Assembly (NCBI RefSeq): GCF_009914755.1
Contig: NC_060927.1
Reading direction: 5' to 3' (one strand)
Length of the DNA: 64,000 nt
DNA from: the human T2T-CHM13v2.0 reference genome, Homo sapiens
In this document: positions 12,111-25,594 of the stretch, one piece after another
How positions within the stretch are numbered: the stretch's first letter is position 1
How the letters are laid out: every line of letters begins with the position of its first letter
Notes under the pieces: generated by a model
Database searches by the model: none
The model's input: the letters and a program-made list of their open reading frames with translations, nothing else
Told to the model about the DNA's origin: nothing
Position numbers and translations under genes: made by a program

Positions 12111-14643
12111 ATGTATGTTTAATGCTGACACATAGCTTCTGAAGAAAAGCTACTTCCCTGTCTCTAAGGCCTTTTTCTAGAGCATTTGTAGAAAAGAGTA
12201 GTGCTTGAAAAGATGCCAAGGAATGGCTGGTGAGGCTTCTGGGGCTGTTTCAGTGTGTAGGCAGGGGAGGAACTTAGGATTCTACGTGACTAGGAAGGGT
12301 GACTGGGCCAGACTCAGCCTTCCTTGAGCCTCTGGTTGCTCATGAACGAATCCGGCTTCCTCAAAGTCTGCCTCCAGAGCAATAACAAAAGCAGCTCTTG
12401 CTAACTCAGTGGCTGGGGCCGCTGTGGGCATATCCCCGTATCTGGGCACAAGCTTTGCTCATTCATTCCATTTTTCTCATCTGTTGAAAAGTACCTGATC
12501 GGTAAGCTTCTGTTTTGAAAATAAACACCCTTTTGGATTCCACCCTTTCTAGGCCAATCCCTTCAGCCTTTACTGATGCTTGTATCTCTCCCCTCTGCCC
12601 TCTCCTTCTGGGAAGGTATTTTTCTTTCATTCTTTTGGGATTTGGCTGACAATCGATTTCTCCATGCTGGTAGAGTCATGGGGAAAGGCAAAGACCTCAT
12701 TCAGGAGGGGATGGAAGGGAGGAGAGGGTAGAAAAAGGTGAGAAGGAGGCTCTGCTTCTTTATCTGGAACCTGTTTTTCATCTCTCTTTGTCTTGCCAGG
12801 TCCTCAGCTTCTTGTCTACAATGACGAAGTGTATTTTTTTCAACAGCTGGAATGAGAAATGACTAAATCATCTTGGATCCTTGGATCAGATTACTGAAGG
12901 GAAAGGAGCTCATTTATCTAAAAGCCAAACCAAATACGTGTAGACACCTACGTAGTTAAATCACAGCAGCTCTAGGTAGTTAAAACAGCAGAAAGCCCCC
13001 ACGCAGATCTGCTGAAAGTATCTCCCTTCACCTACCCACCTTTGGTAGCTGATATTCTATTCTTAGAGAGTCATTTGCTTAACTATTGTACCCGTTAAAA
13101 TGCACATAGGTATAACAGTGCTTTACATTTGCATAGGATGACAGGGTGCTTGAAATTTTTTTCCTATGTCCTTCTATTCACTCATTCAAATAAATTCTAT
13201 GAGCACCTATTGTGTGCCAGAACTGAGCAATATGCTGGTGCTACAATGGCAAGCAAGAAAGATATGCCATGTTGTGCTGTGAGAGCACAATGATAGGTTA
13301 ACTAACTAGACTTGGGACTACACGCTAGGCCCTTGACTCCTGATCCAGCGCTGCTTTCATCCAACTACCTGTCACACTAATGTTAGGGTGGGAGAAGACA
13401 CTGTGTTTTAGCATCATCCTTGCCTTGGTGCAAATCAGTCCACTGGTTCATTTCTATGTGATAACCATCTGAGAGCAGGGATGAACATGGAGATGGAGAG
13501 GGAGGTCCCATGGGGGTGTGGGAGCACTGAAGGGTCATCCATGGGATTCCAGGGTGCATAAGGGAGATCCTAGGAGGAGGACCCAGGATGAAAATAGGAT
13601 GAAACAATGTACACACACCTTCTTTCCTTCATGGTGTCCCTTAGCAAGTATTTTAATCATCTCTGGCTGACTTCCTCTCCAATTTCAGATGGTACTTCTT
13701 GTTAAACTCTCTCCCAAGCTCCTTATGTCTTCAAAACATCTCTCACTTTCATTAGAGATCTCACTTTCCCTTAAGAGAAAGTCAAGTCCATTTAGCATGT
13801 GCCTCACTGATGACACCTTTCCTCCCCTAGTAATATCCCTGTCTCCCCACTTTTCCACTTGGTGGTGGGGCAGGTACTTTTATGGGCCAATGAATTCCTC
13901 CTTATACTTCTCCCATTTCCTCCAGGGCCAAATATCTGAATCCTCTTGCTTTTGTATCTGAAGACTCAACCTCTTCTGGCTCCCTCCTCTTGGTCCACAA
14001 AGAGGCCCCATTCTCCCCTGTCTAAAAACTCTTTCTACTCTGGAGCCACCTCTTTCTCATTCCTCCATGTCTGTGGCCTTCACCCCTTCTTCTCTCAAGT
14101 ATTCCTCGACTCTCCATCTTTTACCATCACAGTGATACTGTGTCAGATGCCAGCATTGACCCTTCAGTGCCAGAAGTTACGGTCCTGCCCAGCCTTCTTC
14201 ATCCTCACCCTCACTTTCATGCTCAAAGCAGTGACCTTCCTCCTGTGCCTGGAACTGTCTCCCTCTTTTACTTCTGTGACACAACACTCAGATTTTTCCC
14301 CACCCTTGCTGTTGGCACCTTTTTTCCTCCTGTATTGTCTTCTTTGAGTTCCTTACTTATATATGCAAATGACTACAGAAAGAAGAGTTGGTAAAGAGAT
14401 GGCAGATACATGTTCAAGGAAAGACAGAAGAACATCAAAGTGTGCGGTGTCCTAAAGTATCTTTAGGATGGAGATAGATGGCAACAGGATTACATGACTC
14501 AGAATAACACTGTTTAACTTTTTAGAAGACAAATCTAGGCCTGAAAACACAATTGCCTGAATGAACTGGGCTTTTGTGGTTTGCTGCCTATAACAGAATT
14601 TTGCTAAGAAAGAATCTCCTAGTGGCTGAAAGTGCCCAAATAG

Positions 14644-14983
<340 letters not shown>

Positions 14984-15070
14984 AGTCAGGTAGTTACAGA
15001 TAACTCTGCTTCTTCTTGAGTTCTTTGATTACATGATAACCTTTCTCAGTCTTTTTCAAAACCCCAACTG

Positions 15071-15192
15071 TCACCACCACCAGCATTATCCTCATCACCA
15101 TCACCATCAACACTCTTACCACTACCCTCCCCCCACCATAATCATCCTCATCTTCACCACCATAATTCCCACCACTACCTTCATCATCACTG
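15071..15192. repeat. Degenerate (CAC/CAT)n low-complexity tract
   Basis: tcaccaccaccagcattatcctcatcaccatcaccatc... Confidence 0.85.
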
Positions 15193-15199
15193 TCAAATG

Positions 15200-15370
15200 C
15201 CATTGAATGGTCCCCTACTAAGAACCAGGTTCTGTGCTGAGCCCTTCATATATATTCTCTCTCTTCATGTTCATATCAACTCTGAAAAGTCAGTTTATAA
15301 TTTCAGTTTTATAGATGAGAAAACCAAAACTCAGAAAGGTTCATTAACTTGCTTAGAAGGACCCAGCAGT
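15200..15370 (-). mobile_element. MIR
   Basis: ttttatagatgagaaaaccaaaactcagaaaggttcattaacttgc. Confidence 0.7.
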
Positions 15371-16254
15371 TTAAAATGTGTTCCCTACTAATATACACAA
15401 GAGAGTTTATTAATCCAAAATCAAGATATCTGTTTAAATGTCAACCAAAAGATTGAGGTAAAAAAGACATTGATATGACTTGCTTATCTTTAACAGGAGA
15501 CACTGAAACTAAATAGTGGTTTAATAGCTTCTCCTCAGCATTCTGTCTCCTAATGGACTTTGCAGGACTATTTTAGGTTGAAATTTTTCCTGTCCAGTAC
15601 CAAAGCTCTTCAAAGATTCTATTCCCATCCCTTACCCTTTTGGGAGACGGTCAGGGAGAGAGAGGGAGGTGTAAAATCCCTCTTACAAATCCTTTTCCAA
15701 AAATCTTTGGCTGAACAAAGACTTTCCCATTTAAGAGCAGGTGACAGAAAGATTTCTCCCATAGGCAGCGCATTAAGGCTCTCTGCAGAAGTAAACAAAT
15801 CTGTTATGATGAAAGCCGGACATTCCTCAGAGCCAGGATCTAATGAAAATGTCAGTGTTTTATGCAGTTTAAAAACTGACAATTCAACAGTTTTACAGGA
15901 GCTATTTAATGTTTATCATCACTTACAAGGGCTCAAATGCAGACAAAGGGAAGGGCAACTAAAGAAACCAAGTGGATCTTTGCTTGGAAGCCGCCATGTT
16001 ATCTATAAACCATGAGAGTATGGCAGTTTATAAATTACCAGGCAGCCTCAGGCAATAAAGTGTAGGTCTTAGCAAATGAAAGTTGGAAATCCACACTCCA
16101 AGATACAATCATCATAGTGACCATGCTCTGCACTTTCATTTACACCTCACCCCATTAAAGACCCAACCACTGGGGAGTGAGGATACTAGAGAAAGCCCTT
16201 AAACTAACCTAAGGTGATCCATTAAAAGCTTCTGAGTTCTTGCCAAATTGTGCT

Positions 16255-17330
16255 TTAGATACTATCAAAACCACTAAGAACAGAGAAATAGAATATGTAA
16301 CTCCCAAACCAGTAGGGGGAAAATAGAAATAAAGAAAGCACAGTCAATTCAAATAGGACATTAAAGGAGAGGAGGGGAAAAAAGGAGAAGGGAACAAAAG
16401 AACCATAATAAGAGAACATGCGAAATAAGAAGAGTAGGTCCAAATAGATTAGTTACAATAAATACAAATAGCTTAAATTCACCCATTAAAAGACAGAGAT
16501 GCTGGGTGTGATTGCTCACATCTATAATCCCAGCACTTTGGGAAGCAGAGGCAGGAGGATTGCTTGAGCCCAGGAGTTCAAGACCAGCCTGGGCAACATA
16601 GTGAGACCCCATCTCTACAGAAAACAAAATTAGCTTGGCATGGTGACATATGCCTGTGGTCCCAGCAACTTGGGAGGCTGAGGTTAGAGGATCACTTGAG
16701 CCCAGGAGTTCAAGGTTACAGCGAGCTGTGATTATGCCATGCACTCCAGCCAGGGTTATTGAGCAAGATCCTGTCTCTGAAAATAAAATAAAGTCAGTAA
16801 AAAAATTAAATCTAGTTTTATGTTGCTTTTAAAATGGAAAATGGACCAGTGACACACAAAGGCTAAAAATAAAAGGTTGGAAGAAATATGCACTTGCACA
16901 CAGGAACAGAAATGTAAAGGCAAGAGCATTAGTACAGATGAAGAAGATTATTAATGAAAGATAAGAACAACCTACCAGGAGCTATAACATTAGATGATGA
17001 CATTTTATACAATTAAAAGTATATCCTAGATAGAGAGAAAACAAAAAATGACTGAATCCATAATGATTATGAGGATTTTAATGCTTATCTCTCAGAAACT
17101 GAGCAGTTACCAGCTAAAACATTAATAGAGATTTAGAAGATTTATTAGATAACTTATAAGCTTCATCTAAAGAATATACAAAGAACATGCACCCAAAGAG
17201 AGAATTCTCTTCAAGTACATATGAAATATTTATAAAAAAATTGAACATGTGCTTGGTTACTTAGAAATCTGAATAAAATACAAGAAGCATTATTATGTAC
17301 TTGATATCTGCACTTCTGTGTTAAAAGAAG
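16255..17330 (+). mobile_element. Old L1M fragment (inter-ORF/ORF2 endonuclease start), interrupted by AluJ
   Basis: ttacaataaatacaaatagcttaaattcacccattaaaagacagagat...ggattttaatgcttatctctcagaaactga...ttctcttcaagtacatatgaaatattta. Confidence 0.8.
16501..16791 (+). mobile_element. AluJ
   Basis: ggaggattgcttgagcccaggagttcaag...cagcgagctgtgatt J-type diagnostics. Confidence 0.95.
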
Positions 17331-17338
17331 AATGATTT

Positions 17339-17648
<310 letters not shown>

Positions 17649-17689
17649 TTACACATCAAGGCCAATCCACCCAGTTTCCACCCAGCCTA

Positions 17690-17960
17690 GAAAATAGTCC
17701 TCATTTTCTGAGGCTTGTCTTGGTGTTACCTCCTCAGAAAAATCTTCTCGGGTCACCTTAAGTCCGGTAGTTCTTCTCATTCCCAGTGACTCCTTAATAA
17801 CTCTACTGTACTTTTCTTCATGCAACTTACTAGTTTCTGAAGTCATCCTATTTGTCACTAGTTCACTGCCTTCCTGGCCCCACCCTTTGAAATATAATGT
17901 ATTTGCAACATCTAGCTCCTGGAATGGAGCCTGGAACAGAGTAGGCATCAATGAACATGT
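17690..17960 (+). mobile_element. L2 3' fragment
   Basis: tgttacctcctcagaaaaatcttct...ctagctcctggaatggagcctggaacagagtaggcatcaatgaa. Confidence 0.65.
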
Positions 17961-18122
17961 GCTGATGAAAGCCTGACTTGGCACCCTACAGTGACCCTAG
18001 CCCTTCATAGAGATATAGACCTTGCCCCTAGAATAGATCACATTACATCAGGATTACTTGTGTTACAATCTCAGTAAGAGTTAGTGAGTTTGTCATCATA
18101 TCCACTTACATAATAGACGGTA

Positions 18123-18328
18123 AATAAATGACTAAACTATGTCCTTCCCCATGCACCAAAAGAAGCCACACCTTGGGAAGCCACATCGCCTGCTTACAGC
18201 CACATCTTGCTAACGACAGAGCCTGATTTCTGACTGCGAGCATTACTCTGCTCCTCCACATGGCCTCCATGTCCCCTGCAACACAACCTATTATGCGTGG
18301 AGGCTGCAAGGACAGAGAAGACAACTTG
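18123..18328 (+). repeat. Local direct duplication A, copy 1 (partner 19343-19545)
   Basis: Shares a 25-nt exact block GCCTGCTTACAGCCACATCTTGCTA and colinear flanks with copy 2. Confidence 0.93.
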
Positions 18329-18554
18329 CAAATGTCTTTTTCAGCAAATTCAGTGTTTCTGTTACTATTATATAGATACTAGCTTTTGCCAAATCTATTA
18401 AAATTGACTCAAATTATCATTTCTTATAATAACTGCATGTCTGCATAAGGACTGCATTGTCCAATTAAAGAAACAAAGAAAATAATAGTTCATTGACTCA
18501 AAATCAGCTGTGTGGCCATATTATCAGCCCAATAGTTAAAGAAGGAGGAATCAC

Positions 18555-18725
18555 TGTGTGACCTTGGACAAGTTGCTTAATGGCTGAATTCTCAAGTTTC
18601 CACATCCATGAAATGCTCATAACATTAGTGCTGACTATGCAGGCTGCTATGAAGACTAATTAGATTACTCCATTAAAGCACTGAACATAGTACATGTGTC
18701 CCAATGAGCTCGATAAATGTCACTA
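18555..18725 (+). mobile_element. MIR
   Basis: ctgtgtgaccttggacaagttgcttaa...taaagcactgaacatagt. Confidence 0.7.
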
Positions 18726-19342
18726 GCATTTCAGACACCTGCATAGTCAACTTGATTCTTTTGCACTGCTTTGCAAGCTTTGCTCGAGAAACTGGTTTTT
18801 GATCACCTGCCTTCCATAGCCCTTCCAGAGATGCACCACTGTTATGGAATGAATCTTAATGTTCCTTTGAATCTGATTAAATCCATTCCTCCCTGTTACA
18901 GTGGACCTAGAAAAATCCTGGCCAATGCCAGATGTATTTGTTGGATGGCCTTTTTACCGAAGATTTCAGGAAGATGGGGCTGCTGTAGGGGCAGTCAAGA
19001 TCACAGCATTGATTAACAAAGGGGCAGATTGTCTGGGGAACATTCTTCTTTGACCTAACCCTTCTTCCTCAGAAGGAGCTATGCTAGAATAGAAAGTTTC
19101 CACCACAGACATCTGCTTGCCAGATCTGTCCCAACACTGTAGCCACTGGTGAGAGCCATCAGGCAGTACAGATTTTCCCTTGGATTGGCAGCTACTTGAA
19201 GAAGGGCACAAGTAGGCTTCAAATTTATCATGGAAGACAGGAGCAGTACAATTTTGGCAAGGACTCCCTTCAAACATCAAAAACTTTTGCAGACTCCTCC
19301 ACCTAAGTGTAATTTTATTTCTCTTCAAATAAATGGCTGTTG

Positions 19343-19545
19343 AATAAATGACTAATAACTATAACCTCCCCTGTGTGCCAGAAGAAGCCTGACACCTTGG
19401 GAAGCCACGTTGCCTGCTTACAGCCACATCTTGCTATGGACTGAGCCTGATTCCTGACTGTAAGCACTACTCTGCTCCTCCACGTCCCCTGCAACACATC
19501 CTATGAAGCATGGAGACTGCAAAGGAAGACAGAGAAGACAACTTG
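19343..19545 (+). repeat. Local direct duplication A, copy 2
   Basis: Colinear with 18123-18328; both end GACAGAGAAGACAACTTG. Confidence 0.93.
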
Positions 19546-20179
19546 ATACCTGATGATCGACAGCTACTAGGAATTCAGTAATGTTCTGAAATGCTAATGT
19601 ATTTAAATTAAGTAATGTTTTTAAATTTTAGAACTCATAATAGTGTCTATGCACACACCAGAGAAATTATCACACATGTATTTATGAGGCATTCTATTCT
19701 GGATCATGGTTCATTATGTGTGTGTGTTTGTGTTTTTGCAGATTTGAGGACTCCCAAAGGTCCTTAGTCCACAGATAAGGAGATAAGTCATGGAAAATGT
19801 AGAACTTGTTCCTTTTAAACTGGAGTTTTTAAACTTCAGCACTAAATCAATAGTGCTATGCTATAGAAAAGGAAGAGTGACTACAGTCATCTATAGTAAG
19901 AAATTCTCAGTTGGAATATTCATGCTCAATATGTGTAACATTTTGATCAGGTTGAAGATAATGACAATTTTTTCTACCAAATTATTTATTTTCACCTCAA
20001 GGTTGATCTTTAAAATTGAGTCTTGTGGATGAATAACGCCTTGGACTGGTAGAAGATCCAAGTTCTACTTTCATTTTCACCAGGAACTAACAACATAACC
20101 TTTGACAAATCATATCGCTCTCTGGGCCTCAGTTTCCTATCAGTGAAAAAGCTCATGTGAGGCACCGAGGCAGAAGACT

Positions 20180-20640
20180 ATAGACAGGACAGAAAATGGA
20201 AGGGAATTGACCACCCAGCAAAAATGCAGTAATGGAATCAAAGCCAGCATTAGAAGTAGCAAGGAGCTGAATCACTGCTCTAGAAAATATCATCAGAAAA
20301 ATAGGCTGTAATCTTGTGAAGTTATCCCAGAATATAGAGATGTAATCTGTAAGGGACAACATGATAGATATGGGAATTACATAGTGAGAACCTGAGGATA
20401 ATAGATGCTCTAGAAAAAAAGACCAAAAACTAAGAAAGGGAGCAATAAATTAATGCAATGAAACACATATATGGCAGGTTAAAAGGGCTTACCAGAAAAA
20501 TGTAAAAGAGGTAAGCAGTAGAAATAATCTGGCACAATTGTTGACTTGTTGATGTAAAGAAAAAACAATCTATAAGGATCTGGAAAGAAAATAACAGGCT
20601 GTCTTTAAGAGCACACATCAAGATGGGCCTCAAGAAGTAC
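20180..20640 (+). mobile_element. Old L1 ORF1-like fragment
   Basis: A-rich; aatggaatcaaagccagcattagaagtagcaaggagctgaatcactgctctagaa...gacaacatgatagatatgg. Confidence 0.5.
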
Positions 20641-21885
20641 CCACCCATAGAAGTACCTCTCTGTCATCGTGCAGAAGATGGGGGAAACATTCACGTCTGC
20701 CATCTTCTCCCCACCACTCAAGTCCCATTTTTTGTTGATTTATTTGGATTTTCAGATCAAGACATTATTTCTGGTTTTTGCATTATACCCCTTTGAAAAG
20801 CCTCTTTTGACATGTGTGCTCTTCACTGATTCCAGTATATGACAGTGGCTTGTGATGCTCAACACCAATTCAGGAAGAGGAATAGAAGCCTAGAAGAGTG
20901 CTGTTGGGGGCAGAACACTTGTCCCAGAGAGCAGGGGAGCTCTGCACAAGCTTCAGTGCAGGCCTTTGGAAGTTGTCTGTGTGGACACGGCCTCTGCGCC
21001 TCACCTAGAGCCATTAAGTCAGAATCCCTAATGCAGTGCCTGGGCAAGTACCCACGTGGTTCTTATTGGCAGCCTGGGTGATGAGCTGCTGATGTCGCTC
21101 CTACTGGCCCTGCCATGTGGCATCTGGATGAGGAGCTGGGGAGGCAAATCTGGGCATCATTAATACCTGCTGCTGGCCATGGCAAGCTCGCCACAGGCCC
21201 TCTTCTGCAGTGCCAAAGCAGGTTCGCACACCATGCGGACGGGGGCTGGGGGTAACACAAACGAAGGAAGTGAGGCAGATGTGAGGAAGGCCACATTGGT
21301 GACCAGTAAACTGGAGAGGGCTGGCTGGACAAAGGAGATTGCTGGGGCAATCTCGTGGGAATATAGCTCGCTATAACCAGATCATCTGTTTTTTTCCAAA
21401 AACCCAGAAAGCCAGAATCGTATATTATATTTTCCGGTTTTTGGAACACTCTGAGCCAAACAAAATGCCATCTAGGCAGAACTGGCTTATAAGCTCCATA
21501 TGTGACTCCAGGCTTAAATTCTTCATGTCCACAGAAATTGCCCTTTTATTTTAATCAAAAAAGTCCTCCTCAGAAACAGGTCAGGCCTTTCTCAGCAAGT
21601 AGAAACCTAGGTGCTCCAAATGACTATCTTCATTAATTTGTTAATTGTTTAAAAAGCTACTCAGACTGCCCTGAAGTTCAGCTGCTCCCTGTCATTTCAC
21701 ATTCACACTGGTTGTGTGCAAACAACCAGCGAGCTGTCCTTCGGCACTGTAAAATGCCACGAGTCCAGGAAACAAGTGCTTCCTGCCTATGGGAGAGCTC
21801 TGCCCCTCTGAAGAGAAGCAGACACATTCAGAGCTGGTAGCCTGGACTATCACTCCTAAATAAGAGAAGGATAAAGAGCCGGGGA

Positions 21886-22049
21886 GCCGGGTGCGGTGGT
21901 TTATGTCTGTAAGCACTTTGGGAGGCTGAGGCAAGAGAATCCCTTGAACACAGGAGGTCGAGGCTGCAGTGAGCCATGTTCACACCACTGCACTCTAGAC
22001 TGGGCTACACAGTGAGTCAGATCCTATCTCAAACAACAAACAAACAAAT
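21886..22049 (+). mobile_element. Single Alu monomer (FRAM-like or left/right recombinant)
   Basis: Left-arm-like start (gccgggtgcggtgg...gcactttgggagg) runs into right-arm sequence (gaggctgcagtgagccatg); (CAAA)n tail. Confidence 0.85.
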
Positions 22050-22284
22050 ATTCGGGCCTCTGGAAAAGTCCATCGGACAGGAACACAAAGGGATCCAGAT
22101 GCCAGAGTAAGTACTCCACTTCCTTTTTAATAACCAGCATCCACTGGGAACTTCCCATGAGCCGGGCTTTGTGTTTTGGCTGCACAGTGAAACAGTAAGT
22201 CCTCAATAACTATTTCTGAATGGGTGGATGGATAAATGAATGAATCAGGTATCTCTTCTATTTCACATTCCTGAAATTGAACCT

Positions 22285-22449
22285 TAGCATTGTGAGGGCA
22301 CTTAGATTTGCAAAATCTCTTCCTTCCTTTGTCAACAATTTTCAAGAGCCAGATCTGTGCAAAGTCAGTGTGTGAGAGACTGAGAAAACAACAAAGAATC
22401 TGCCGTCAAACTGCGTCCTGGACAGAAGGACATGTGAGACCTGTGAAAG
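22285..22449 (+). repeat. Local direct duplication B, copy 1 (partner 24334-24498)
   Basis: 165-bp ungapped alignment, 137/165 identical by hand count. Confidence 0.95.
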
Positions 22450-23534
22450 ATGCCTCTGGATCCAGAGGGCAGTGAGAGAAGGCAGTTCTCTGGGAAGATT
22501 CCTGAAGATGCTCACAACCCTTCCCTAAAAGCCATACAAATCCCTCCATGGAATAGTGAATGTCCACTGCAGGCAGCTTTGCTCTCAAGGAGGAGACCAG
22601 CAGAGGCTGCCCTGAAAAGGAGGTATCTCAGACAGAGGCACCATAAGAGTTGGAGGAACCAGGAAAACAACCAAAAACAGGTACCACGGTGCTGATGTCA
22701 TGCTAGGACAGTGCATCTACTATTAGTGGACACTTGGAAATCTCAGTCTCTGCAGGAGAAGCGCTCTGCCGCTGGGGTTCACTCTGTGGCAGTGTTGCTC
22801 AGGAGGTTCTCTGCTGTGTAGCCTCTGTGGGCAGAACCCTAGCTATTGTGGGACATGATGCCAGCTCCCCGGGGACATTTTCCCTTGCCCCCCTTCCCAT
22901 GCTACCACAACCTAACACAACCTAACACCTAAGCCATCAGATGTTCATTCACCCCCCCAATGAACGCCTGATCATCTTTCATTTCATGGTCTTAACCTCA
23001 TGTCTCTCCTTGCCAGCTCCAGAGAGGACTTGTTTACCTCTTCTATGCTGTGCTAGTTTCTGTACTCATCCTTCAGAGTGTGTTTCAAAGTGTGAAAATG
23101 TAGCTATTTGCTAAATCCTGCCCAGCCTCTGGCTGTGGGTTCTCAGAGGGTGGGACAGGGCATGCCTGTCTTGTCCCTACTCACAAGAGAAGACCGAGCA
23201 TCTCCTTAACAATAAGAAGGGCTCCCTCATATATCCACAGAGCTTAAGGTAGTAAGGATATTCTTACTCCTCATGCTGGGATATCTTTACCAGGTAAGGA
23301 GAAGCTGGGAGACCTTAAGAAGCATTTCCCCCTTCCCTACCTCCATGACTTCTCTGTTCTACAGATCTCAAATGAAAGGCTTCCTAATGAGCAAATAATG
23401 TCTAAAACCAGAGATACTATGTTTATAAAATAATAGCCTGTTATTGTGAAACTTAGAGCTAGAGATAGTCAAAACAAAAATAAGACAAAAAGTCCAAAAA
23501 CCATTGCCCTTGTTCTTGGATCCAGAAGTCCTAA

Positions 23535-23900
<366 letters not shown>

Positions 23901-24333
23901 TCATATTTGAAATGTGTGTTTCTCCCTGTCTCATCATGAAGAAAATCCTGAGATACAGTATTTTCACATTCCATAAAAATCTGAACAGCTGCTTTATACA
24001 CAAATCACACGGTATACATGATATCCCAAAGATCAAAACTGGCATTCATAGATAATCTTTTAAAAAGACAAAATCCAATGAATATGGTCACCATCCTTTC
24101 TAAAACTTGAATAAAGACAGTAAAAATAATTCACTGACTCCATCAATATTCTTGTGCAAAACAGATGATTTCACCCCCCCCAGCATGTCTCTCCGGCCAC
24201 GTTTATTCAGTTCCCACTGTGCCTGCCAGGCTGACTCTCAGAGAGAGAAAGCAATGAAAATATATTACACTAAGATGAAACTAAACGACTTTAATATTTC
24301 CTTAATGATTCAACAAATCCTTTCAGACTTTGC

Positions 24334-24498
24334 TAGCATTGTGAGGGCATTTGGATTTGCAGAATCTCTTCTTTCATTTGTCCACGATTTTTGAGGGCCA
24401 GATCTGTGTGAAGTCAGTGTGTGAGGGATGAAGAAAACAACCGAGACCCTCCCCTCAAACTGTGTCCTAGGCAGAAGGACACCTGAGACGTGTGAAAG
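24334..24498 (+). repeat. Local direct duplication B, copy 2
   Basis: Colinear with 22285-22449. Confidence 0.95.
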
Positions 24499-24719
24499 GC
24501 TTAAAGGTGAGGCCATTAATATTGATTATGCTATTAATATATTACACATCTATATATATAAATATCAATAATATTAACCAGTGGAGAGAGTAGCTTAGGA
24601 ATATTTTATAATGTGAAAAAAATACTTCAGTGTCCAAGTCTCTTATTTAACCTTTACAATTCTCTCTACCCTACTTCCCTTTTCTCTATGTTCCTGTTGA
24701 CACTACACTCAGCAGGCAT

Positions 24720-24942
24720 GTCTGAGGATGAGAAAGAAGGCCAGTGCAGCATGGCACGGCACTGGGGGAGGGAGAGAACAGCAACAGATGAGGTTGGGAA
24801 GGTAGTCAGGGGACAGAGCATGCCAGGCCTTGTAGGCTTGAGCTAAGCATTTACGTTTATTACAAGTACAAAGGGGACTGCCTGGAGGGATTTAAGAAGG
24901 GAGTGTATGATGTAATCTACATTTTGTAAAGATCACTCTGCC
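24720..24942 (-). mobile_element. L2 fragment
   Basis: gatgaggttgggaaggtagtcaggggacagagcatgccaggccttgtaggc...aaagatcactctg. Confidence 0.75.
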
Positions 24943-25064
24943 AACTTGCCTGATGAATTTATGCCTTATGCCCTTGATCAGATCACAAGGAGCTGGATGG
25001 TAGGGCCATACGTAGTTACTCTCCCTTTAATACCCCCACATCATGGACTGGTAGAATGTTAAAC

Positions 25065-25255
25065 CAGTGGCTCTCAAACTTTCCTGTGTATCAGGATCAT
25101 CCAGAGGCCCATTTAAACACATCTTGTTGGACTCCATCTACAGAGATTCTGATTCGGTAGGTCTGGGCAAAACCTGAGAATTTACATTACTAAGAAGTCC
25201 CCAGGTGATGCGAGGATGCCAGTGGCTCTTCAAGGCACTGCACTTAGAGAACCTG
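25065..25255. mobile_element. MER5A (hAT-Charlie MITE)
   Basis: cagtggctctcaaactt...agattctgattcggtaggtctggg...ccccaggtgatg...gagaacctg. Confidence 0.85.
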
Positions 25256-25302
25256 TTTAAATCTGTTTGCAGAATAAATCAATCAGTGAAGAAACATGCA
25301 AA

Positions 25303-25594
25303 TTTTTTTTTTTTTTTAGTTGGTTATTTGTTTTTGAGACGGTCTCACTCTGTCGCCCATGCTGGGCTGCAGTGGCATGATCATGGCTCAGTGCAGCCTT
25401 GAACTTCTGGGCTCAAGGGATCCTACAGACTCAGCCTCCTAATTAGCTGGAACTACAGGCATGCACCACCATGCCTAGCCAATTATTTTATTCTTTTGTT
25501 GCCCAGGCTGGTCTCCAACTCCTGGCCTCAAGTGATCCTCCCACCTCAGCCTCCCCAGTCACTGGGATTACAGACATCAGCCACCATGACTGGT
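25303..25594 (-). mobile_element. AluJ with small internal deletion
   Basis: gatcatggctcagtgcagccttgaacttctgggctcaag; segment after the A-rich linker is missing. Confidence 0.92.

Noticed and set aside
14994-15203. Acidic/Gly/Val-rich ORF
   Set aside because: Antisense reading of a (CAC/CAT)n low-complexity tract
18106-19497. Similar minus-strand ORFs (WRSRV.L.VRNQA..ARCGCKQA.WLPKV) suggesting paralogous genes
   Set aside because: Explained by duplication A; indels shift the frame between copies and no convincing splice sites were seen
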